In this document: one piece after another, positions 57,269-64,000 of the stretch
How positions within the stretch are numbered: position 1 is the first letter of the stretch
Layout: every line of letters starts with the position of its first letter
IMG/VR virus record: IMGVR_UViG_3300043411_001777
Span: 142,090-206,089 of that record
Direction: 5' to 3' (one strand)
DNA: 64,000 nt
Notes under the pieces: generated by a model
What the model saw: the letters and a program-made list of their open reading frames with translations, nothing else
The model's database searches: none
Told to the model about the DNA's origin: nothing
Translations under genes and position numbers: made by a program

Positions 57269-59311
57269 TTACATCAGCGCCAAATGAGCTGTGCTGATAA
57301 CGTGTACCGACTTGCCGTCAATCTCAAAATCGTTCAACATCCACGGGCACAGTAGGATGATCGAATCCAAATGAGCCAGATACCGGCGAACCTGCCGGTA
57401 TACCTCAGACTTATCCCCCTGGATCTTACACTCCAAACCAACCCGACCAAACTTGAAATCGATCGTGCTATCCTCATCTAGGACCGCTTCCCTAGTAAAC
57501 TCCCAGCCCTCCGTCAAAGCCAAAGCTTTCAACCTAGGCTCCAAAGCGTCCTGCATTACCTTTTCATCCATAGTCGGATAGGTGGCACTCGCAATGCTAG
57601 CCTCGATCTTAGCAATAGCCTCTGACTTCGCCGTCTGACCCGCGAACATCCCCAGCTTATGCTTTTGCAGGAAATCAGCCGCTAGATTTAGAATGCGAGA
57701 CTGCGGAACTTCCGTAGACTCAGCCCCAATAAGGTCATTGATTCCATTGAGTTGGTCTTTCTTGACCCCGAGAATCTCCAACATAGGAGGGTCTGACCCG
57801 TCATTCACCACCACAAAGATAGCGTTGACCGTATTAGCCTGCCGGTCCCGTAAGAGCCGGGCAATACACTGCCGAATTACTGACGGGCTCCAATCCAGCT
57901 CCCCGAACACACAGGTGCTAGCCACTTCCTGTAGCCCGTCCAACCCCTGCCCAGAGCGCAGTGACATAACGAAAACGCGGCAGTTCGGATCATCCCGGAA
58001 CTTCTCAAAACTCTTCTGCTTTTCAGCCGGACTCTCTGCCCCAGTGTAAAAGACCGGATTGAACGCTTTTAGCTCTTTACGCCACACGGAATAGCAATCA
58101 TGATGCCATCCAAAGAGGACCACTTTCTTCTCTGAATCCAAGAGCCCAGAGACAACCTCCGCAGTGGCCTTAGCTTTGGCGATCCCGGTTGCTTGGCGCA
58201 GCTTCAAATCGAATTCACGGGCCGCGCGCCCAGCTTCCTCAAAGCCCCCTAGAAGACTTCTCTGGGCCAGGGCCGCTGCAACAGCTTCCATAGCCTTCAA
58301 TGCGTCAAGATCCGCATCTACAGTCAGAACGATTTGATTGATCGGGTCCAGCTCACGGCCGACATCCACACGGGTACGCCGAATCATCATTCCGTTGTTC
58401 CGGAGAAAAGCCCCCAACACCTCAGGTTCCCGGACATATTTCTCGTACCGACACCACTCTGTCAAGAATTCTTGACGGGTCCCCAGAGCCCCAGGACGGA
58501 TAATGTCCATTACCGCCCAAATCTCTTCCCCGTAATTGATAATGGGGGTGCCACTCAATCCAGTAACGCGGGTTGCGGCCTCGCTTAACCGGGAGGAAGC
58601 ATCGTATTTCTTAGTGCCAAGACGCCTCAGATCGTGGACTTCATCAAAGATGAGGGTTTTTATCCCCAGCCGGTGTAGCTCATCCGCCCAAGCGGCTATT
58701 CGGCTATAGGTCGTTATGTAGTGGGTCCGATCCTCAGGAAGAGCGGAGGTCTTAACCCCATAGATGATATGAGCCTTTGTTGAAGGCATGAAGCGCTGAA
58801 GCTCGGACTCCCATTGACGACAAAGGTGGGTGGGGCAGACAATGAGGGCAGGTAAAGCCTCGGGTAGAGCCGTAATACCAATAGCGGACGCCGTCTTACC
58901 CAAGCCCAAATCGTCGCCGATTAGCAGGCGCCCAACCCCTTGCGCAAGGGCAACAGCCTCTAACTGATAGGTCCGAAGAGGGATAGCCAACTCAACAGGC
59001 TCGTAATCCCCCTTACGGATGCGGTCTAACGCCAATGCGGCCTTATCATATTCTTCCACACCCGAGGAAAGGAATTCTCGGTCCTTGTCCTCCATATCGA
59101 TCGTAAAGCGGGATAGGAACCAATGGATATCCTTGGCGGAATTAGCGTTGTGACGGATAGCTTTCTTGTTCTTGGTGTACTTACCCGGGCCTTTATTGAG
59201 GGCTTTCGGGAAAATACGGCCGAACAAACCCATGACGTAGGGGTCAGCATCCAAAATCCAATCGAAGGTCTTGCCGACCTTGTGTTTGTATATCCGACCA
59301 CTAACTTGCAT
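57269..59311 (-). CDS. SNF2-family helicase with C-terminal PD-(D/E)xK nuclease-like domain
   Basis: GDDLGLGKT, DEVH, LSGTP, GQGLDGLQ, WSPSVIRQCIAR; tail TREAVL...IDF...GLECK...RQVRRY; probable start ATG 59311. Confidence 0.85.
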   Translation of the reverse strand: MQVSGRIYKHKVGKTFDWILDADPYVMGLFGRIFPKALNKGPGKYTKNKKAIRHNANSAKDIHWFLSRFTIDMEDKDREFLSSGVEEYDKAALALDRIRKGDYEPVELAIPLRTYQLEAVALAQGVGRLLIGDDLGLGKTASAIGITALPEALPALIVCPTHLCRQWESELQRFMPSTKAHIIYGVKTSALPEDRTHYITTYSRIAAWADELHRLGIKTLIFDEVHDLRRLGTKKYDASSRLSEAATRVTGLSGTPIINYGEEIWAVMDIIRPGALGTRQEFLTEWCRYEKYVREPEVLGAFLRNNGMMIRRTRVDVGRELDPINQIVLTVDADLDALKAMEAVAAALAQRSLLGGFEEAGRAAREFDLKLRQATGIAKAKATAEVVSGLLDSEKKVVLFGWHHDCYSVWRKELKAFNPVFYTGAESPAEKQKSFEKFRDDPNCRVFVMSLRSGQGLDGLQEVASTCVFGELDWSPSVIRQCIARLLRDRQANTVNAIFVVVNDGSDPPMLEILGVKKDQLNGINDLIGAESTEVPQSRILNLAADFLQKHKLGMFAGQTAKSEAIAKIEASIASATYPTMDEKVMQDALEPRLKALALTEGWEFTREAVLDEDSTIDFKFGRVGLECKIQGDKSEVYRQVRRYLAHLDSIILLCPWMLNDFEIDGKSVHVISTAHLALM

Positions 59312-59366
59312 CGCCACCTCACGCACGCTATGCTGCGGTGTATAATACCCCGGAGGGAGGTGCGCG

Positions 59367-59795
59367 ATGAATCACGAACGGACGGTCCGATCAATACTGG
59401 AAGAAGCGTTGGACAACCTGGGGGACGCTGCCAGAGAGGCGGGCGGAGACTACATCAAAACTCTTCCGAATGAGGAGTTTGACGAACAGGATCTGATCGT
59501 CTCAGACGACCCCGTTCTCATCGCTATCGGCAAGGCTATGCTTTCCGTCTTTGGAGTGCTCGACACCCTGCCAGAAGAACCTCCCGAAGAATGGATAAGG
59601 GAACACATCCATCCGATTTGGCATCCGGATGAGGAGCCCCCGCCCAGGGCGGTTCTAAGGGGTGCCTTAGAGGCTGCAAGGCTACAAGGGGCCCTGCCGA
59701 GTCCTGTGATCGCTGTAGAACTGCCGGAAATCCCCAGCCTTATAGGCGCTGACGTTCTACGGGCGAAGCTAAAGGCAGACGAAAATGTTAATTGA
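59367..59795 (+). CDS. Hypothetical acidic protein
   Basis: RBS GGAGG, 142 aa. Confidence 0.65.
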   Translation: MNHERTVRSILEEALDNLGDAAREAGGDYIKTLPNEEFDEQDLIVSDDPVLIAIGKAMLSVFGVLDTLPEEPPEEWIREHIHPIWHPDEEPPPRAVLRGALEAARLQGALPSPVIAVELPEIPSLIGADVLRAKLKADENVN

Positions 59796-59919
59796 CCTTA
59801 TCATGGTGAGCGTTTACATCCTAGACAATCGAGCTTGGGTAGCACTACTATGGCGTAACCTGTTGTTGCGACAGCAAGCTAAAGGCCCACAGTACGGTAG
59901 CTTCATGATAGGATAAGCC

Positions 59920-60273
59920 GTGATCATTTTTCTTGACGACAATCCGGAACGGCACAAGAGGTTCCTACGCGCCCACATTGGGGAATGTGTTTGGCAAGCC
60001 TACACCGCCCCTCAAGCTATCGAGCTGCTCTCTAAGCACAAGACCACCGAGAGTGACGAAATCTGGCTAGACCACGACCTTAACGGAGAGGTTTTCGTCG
60101 ACTCCAATCGGTCGGATACCGGATTTGAAGTCGTACGCTGGATTTGCAGCAACCTACCCAATATCAAGTGCCCAATTTTCGTCCACTCACTAAACGATGA
60201 AGCTGCACCGCGTATGGTGCAAGCTCTTCAAGCCGTTGGCTACGAATCTGATTGGATCCCCTTTCACTTCTGA
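59920..60273 (+). CDS. Cyclic-phosphate-processing receiver (cREC)-like domain protein
   Basis: IFLDD..R, LDHDL, TGFEVVRW, VHSLN. Confidence 0.8.
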   Translation: MIIFLDDNPERHKRFLRAHIGECVWQAYTAPQAIELLSKHKTTESDEIWLDHDLNGEVFVDSNRSDTGFEVVRWICSNLPNIKCPIFVHSLNDEAAPRMVQALQAVGYESDWIPFHF

Positions 60274-60281
60274 GGAAATGA

Positions 60282-60641
60282 ATGCTTACTTTCCAGTATG
60301 AAGCTAGCACCCAGCTCGCCAAAGGCACAGACGGAACCCTTTACCCCCTTGTGAAGTTCACCGTCCTAGTCCCTTGCGAAACCCACCCTCTATGGGCATT
60401 CTTCAAACTCAGAAGTGAGGGCTTCCTCTTCTGGGCTGATGCGCTCTCTTGCGGGAAAAGGTGGGAAGCTCAATTTGAACCCGACCTTCCGGCAACAGGT
60501 CTCATGGGCTACGTTTGGTTAGTCCCCCAACCAAACGTTGAACGGTTCCTGAAGCTATTTACCGAGGATGATGACCTAGAATCAGGCATAAGCTTGGAGC
60601 CGGATTTTCCAAAGCTCAACAAGGAAATGACGCTAGCTTAG
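60282..60641 (+). CDS. Hypothetical protein
   Basis: GAGG RBS, 119 aa. Confidence 0.6.
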   Translation: MLTFQYEASTQLAKGTDGTLYPLVKFTVLVPCETHPLWAFFKLRSEGFLFWADALSCGKRWEAQFEPDLPATGLMGYVWLVPQPNVERFLKLFTEDDDLESGISLEPDFPKLNKEMTLA

Positions 60642-61250
60642 TGCCTGTGTATCCATGCCGGCTGCTTGAAGCCGGTCCTCCCAGCTAAGAACTGCCTCGA
60701 ACGGAGGCAACACATTATCACGCCATTCACGCAGAACCTGTTCTAAAGCTGCAAAATGCGCCGACAGATACGCCCCTCCGTTAAGACACATATCAACATC
60801 GGCCAGGAGAACGATCGGATGGGCAGCCCGATTATCCTCATGCATGAGGGACTGTATTGACCACACCCACTGCCGCCACTTTTCAGTAGAAGGCTCAGGG
60901 GTTAGAATTGATAGGCCAACATCGATCTGGGCACGCAGAATCTTGCCAAAAAGCAGGACCTCCCCGTCCTTGCGGCAGGCAGGGCCGCAAACCCAGACAG
61001 TTTGTGGTAACTCTCCCGCAAACCTAGTCAATTGTAGGCGGCCACCACTCCAGAGTACCGTCCTGCAAACCTCACAGCGATCTTTATCGATCAACTCGAA
61101 CGCCGAGGCCGCCTCGTCCAACAAATCGGCCAGTCTATCCGGCCGATTTTCAATCACAGACTTACGGCCTGGAATCTGACGCCTTATCTGAGCGCGAATC
61201 CTTAGCCGTTCGATCAGATCAACAAGCTCTGACGGAGTCATTGCCACCAT
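60633..61250 (-). CDS. Hypothetical phage protein with Cys cluster
   Basis: RLRIRAQIRRQIPGRKSV...DRLADLLDEAA; CEVC...CGPAC. Confidence 0.65.
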   Translation of the reverse strand: MVAMTPSELVDLIERLRIRAQIRRQIPGRKSVIENRPDRLADLLDEAASAFELIDKDRCEVCRTVLWSGGRLQLTRFAGELPQTVWVCGPACRKDGEVLLFGKILRAQIDVGLSILTPEPSTEKWRQWVWSIQSLMHEDNRAAHPIVLLADVDMCLNGGAYLSAHFAALEQVLREWRDNVLPPFEAVLSWEDRLQAAGMDTQALS

Positions 61251-61558
61251 ATGCCGATTCGTGGGCCTTTACCATTACGCCACCAGCGCTGGATACGCAA
61301 GCCCCAACCCTGATACCACCGTAACCGCCTGAACGTGACACTCCCAGGCACCCATTGTCTGGAATCAGTGCCACTCTTATCATTCGGCTTCGTTTCCACC
61401 ACTTCGGCCCAGCCGAAATAGCTCATCTTATGTCGTTCGCCGACTTTTGAATTATGGAAGTGGACGGAATGGTAGAACCAATCCTTTCCGTCCGTATACT
61501 GACGAACTTGATCCATAGGAATCACCGAGCTTCCGAGGGCTTGCGGTTGCGGTTCCAA
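61238..61558 (-). CDS. Hypothetical protein
   Basis: Tightly packed minus-strand ORF. Confidence 0.55.
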   Translation of the reverse strand: MEPQPQALGSSVIPMDQVRQYTDGKDWFYHSVHFHNSKVGERHKMSYFGWAEVVETKPNDKSGTDSRQWVPGSVTFRRLRWYQGWGLRIQRWWRNGKGPRIGIWWQ

Positions 61559-61698
61559 TCAGCAGCACATGATTGACACATCGGAATCTTACGATTCGGA
61601 CGAATCTCAATCATCGCCTCGTTTCCAGGCGGGAAACCCTTCGTGTTCTCGCAAACCTCACAACCACTTGGACCCTTAACAACCTTGACCTTCTGCAT
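61522..61698 (-). CDS. Small zinc-finger protein
   Basis: CEVC...CQSC; TAATG-coupled start at 61698. Confidence 0.55.
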   Translation of the reverse strand: MQKVKVVKGPSGCEVCENTKGFPPGNEAMIEIRPNRKIPMCQSCAADWNRNRKPSEAR

Positions 61699-62048
61699 TA
61701 GACTACATTCCTGTTCAATGGATAGCGTTTCCGCCACCACTTACGCCAAAAGGGATACGCCAAAAATAGCGCAACTCCCACAAGCGCAGCATAGCTTGCC
61801 TGCAACAGAAAATATACCAGCCAAAAAGCCTCTTTACCTATCCAAAATTTGTTCATCTTGCGATAGCACTCTACAGTCGGCTTTGTCGGCTCCTGGCGCT
61901 CCGCCAGCCGATCTGCAATCTGCGCATGACAGAAACTTAGCAGTACGGCAAGGGAGCCCACAAACTCTACAAAGGCCCCTCCTGTGAGGACTGCCACCGA
62001 AAAAAGCACGACGCCAACCACAAGGGCTTCAAATTGATAGGTTTTCAA
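61698..62048 (-). CDS. Small membrane protein
   Basis: Several hydrophobic segments, basic C-terminus. Confidence 0.65.
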   Translation of the reverse strand: MKTYQFEALVVGVVLFSVAVLTGGAFVEFVGSLAVLLSFCHAQIADRLAERQEPTKPTVECYRKMNKFWIGKEAFWLVYFLLQASYAALVGVALFLAYPFWRKWWRKRYPLNRNVV

Positions 62049-62062
62049 GACCCTTAGACCTT

Positions 62063-62419
62063 TTACGTGTATAGGCTCAGCCGGTGCTTTTTCAACCAGG
62101 CAAGAGCCTCGTTTCCTACTTCAAGGGCCGCAGCGATATCTTGCCGAACCTTAGTCACCCGATTCAAAATCGTAAGCGGGTTTCCAGTCTCATCTGGATA
62201 TGCCACCGTTATGGTGCCGAGTCCGGATTGGCCAACTTCCAATTCAGATACCCAACCCCCACCAAGCTTATCCAAGCCCAGACCAAACTTCGTCCCCAAG
62301 GCATAGACATCCCCAACGGGGATACCTATTGACAGTAGGTACTCTTCCAGAGCCCGAGCTTGGGCCTGTTCCCCAACTTCTACCCTTTGAGCCACCTTAC
62401 GGATTAGTTTTCGCATCAT
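62063..62419 (-). CDS. Hypothetical protein with N-terminal RKVA leader
   Basis: MMRKLIRKVAQRVE; coupled to the ART-like gene. Confidence 0.65.
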   Translation of the reverse strand: MMRKLIRKVAQRVEVGEQAQARALEEYLLSIGIPVGDVYALGTKFGLGLDKLGGGWVSELEVGQSGLGTITVAYPDETGNPLTILNRVTKVRQDIAAALEVGNEALAWLKKHRLSLYT

Positions 62420-63549
62420 CGTCTCCTCATTCTGCGATAGATAACCGTAAAATCGTCAACCCACTCTCCATAGTAGAGGTTTTTGCTAAGGGCAGACTTG
62501 ACTTCATCAGCAATAAGGAAACGCGGGAGGTTAGGCTTCCCTTTAGTCTCCCAGTCATTAAGGGGGCTGAAAACCAACTCGCCAGAGTTGGCATCCCCAT
62601 TCTGGCGAAAAGTGTATCGGAAATAGTTCCCCAAAGGAGAGTCTGGAGCCTTACGCTCATTGAACTCTGCTATTTCTCGCTCAATATCCCCGAAAATGCT
62701 ATAGACTTTGGTGGTCAATCGGACATCCGGCATAAGAATGATCTCGCCCTCATTGCCGTGCTGAAACTCCACCTTCTCCAATCCTGGATGAGTTAGGTCT
62801 ACAAGAATCTGACTAGGAGCAATCTTCGCCCCGATTACGTAACCACCCCAGCCGTCATAATCTTTCTTCGCCTTCATACGGCTCAGAAACCCGAACATGG
62901 CCGTATTCTGGGTTTCTGAAGCAGAATACCTTCCGAACCTCTCCGCCACAACCTTAGACGTTGTCCAAGACGAGAACCGCTTTGACTCGAACGGAAAAGC
63001 CTTCCCAGAAGCAAACCTTTCATGGAACGCCACCATGGACCCTATATCTGAAAACCGAATCCCACGGTAATAAATACGGGCGCCGGGAGGGCGGAAAGGC
63101 TCAAGCTCGGCAATCTCATCCGTGGAGAACCTGCCCGAGGGCCCACTGTTATTGCTTACCCACGCTGTCAACAGCTTTCGGGTTGAGGCAGTAAGCTTGG
63201 CTGGCTTAAGCCTAAGCTGGCGAGCCATAAGCTTCTTTAGGGTATCAAAATCCCAAATCCAGGAGCGCAACCAAGGCAGAAGGTCATTGGGTCGGTAATT
63301 CACAAAGAAGCGATCCCAATATGGACTCTGAGCCCCCCCCAAGACTTGCTTAAAAGCTTGCGATTGAGCCATCATGTGGATAGCAGGAACCACAGACGGC
63401 CACAACTCGGCTATCTCAGGAGTCATGGTGACCGATGAAGGCAGCAGCAGCGGGGACAGCTTGCGTATTGCTTTTGCTGATTTGGTTGACCCGAAAAGCG
63501 CGTTGTATACGTCAATTAGGGGTCTGCCTATTCCGGCTGTCAGTTCCAT
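62416..63549 (-). CDS. ADP-ribosyltransferase-like protein (R-S-E clade)
   Basis: YYRG...FSSWTTSKVVAERF...NEGEII. Confidence 0.65.
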   Translation of the reverse strand: MELTAGIGRPLIDVYNALFGSTKSAKAIRKLSPLLLPSSVTMTPEIAELWPSVVPAIHMMAQSQAFKQVLGGAQSPYWDRFFVNYRPNDLLPWLRSWIWDFDTLKKLMARQLRLKPAKLTASTRKLLTAWVSNNSGPSGRFSTDEIAELEPFRPPGARIYYRGIRFSDIGSMVAFHERFASGKAFPFESKRFSSWTTSKVVAERFGRYSASETQNTAMFGFLSRMKAKKDYDGWGGYVIGAKIAPSQILVDLTHPGLEKVEFQHGNEGEIILMPDVRLTTKVYSIFGDIEREIAEFNERKAPDSPLGNYFRYTFRQNGDANSGELVFSPLNDWETKGKPNLPRFLIADEVKSALSKNLYYGEWVDDFTVIYRRMRRR

Positions 63550-63564
63550 ATAACCGGATCAGGC

Positions 63565-63576
63565 ATTAACGAATTA
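63565..63576 (-). promoter_or_regulatory. Putative late promoter upstream of the ART-like gene
   Basis: (GCGG)TAATTCGTTAAT; 11-nt identity (GCGGTAATTCG) with 49639-49649. Confidence 0.5.
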
Positions 63577-63579
63577 CCG

Positions 63580-64000
63580 CTACTTGCCAATAAGACCCAA
63601 GGTCTTCGGTGCCGCAACAACACGTCGAGCGATAGTCCGGATATCCTCCGCAGTGACATCCAAAATGTCGTCAATCGACGACTGCCAGTAATTGGGGCAC
63701 AACGTGTCCTCCAAAGTAGCCTCCAGCAGCATGTTGAACCGCGACCCCGTACTGTCCAAAGCCATCTTGAGCTTATTGACCGCCTTAACCTTGTTGCGCC
63801 GCAGCTCTTCCTCTGAAATCAGATTCGTTGCCAAGTCAGACATCTGACCCAGAATCAGTTCATGGGCCTCTTCTGCCTGCCATTTGCCAAGCCCGGCCAT
63901 CACCGACAACACCTTGGGGGACGCATCTGTCAATCCAGCATGTACGGAGTACACCAACCCACGCTTTTCGCGAAGCTCCTGGAACAGACGGGACGAGAAA
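63580..64000 (-). CDS. M16 (insulinase/pitrilysin/MPP-like) zinc peptidase, 5'-partial
   Basis: SSRLFQELREKRGLVYSV and VTAEDIRTIAR; frame open to the window edge. Confidence 0.85.
   Translation of the reverse strand, partial: FSSRLFQELREKRGLVYSVHAGLTDASPKVLSVMAGLGKWQAEEAHELILGQMSDLATNLISEEELRRNKVKAVNKLKMALDSTGSRFNMLLEATLEDTLCPNYWQSSIDDILDVTAEDIRTIARRVVAAPKTLGLIGK

Noticed and set aside
1-64000. Stop-codon reassignment (TAG or TGA)
   Set aside because: Structural ORFs of 1,500-1,900 codons are uninterrupted in code 11, and TGA/TAG stops coincide with next-gene starts

Overview
This is a 64-kb segment of a large contractile-tailed (myovirus, probably jumbo) phage genome, about 90% on the minus strand, with no tRNA, rRNA or CRISPR array seen. 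Bases 1-28,960 are tail morphogenesis: a >1,563-aa structural protein running off the left edge, a gpV/gp5-like spike, a baseplate hub with an inserted Zn amidase, two tube-initiator paralogues, tape measure, two paralogous tail chaperones, tube, a 1,874-aa sheath and terminator/completion proteins. Bases 29-49.6 kb interleave neck and virion proteins with a UvrD helicase and a vWA-ThyX-SLOG-MazG block. Bases 49.6-64 kb carry a metallophosphoesterase, an RNA/tRNA end-repair-like operon (CCA-type nucleotidyltransferase, SAK-HAD, P-loop kinase, HD), a SNF2-nuclease fusion, a cyclic-phosphate receiver domain, an ADP-ribosyltransferase-like protein and an M16 peptidase. Best candidates for new biology: (1) a short basic tag (KVA-x-x-[YF], often ending [KR]-x-A/G) on unrelated enzymes, suggesting a capsid-loading/processing system; (2) a ~100-aa module, ~74% identical between two copies, inserted into three unrelated virion proteins; (3) long hairpins that contain promoter-like motifs and cover the next ribosome-binding site. 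All family calls come from motif recognition by eye; no searches were run.
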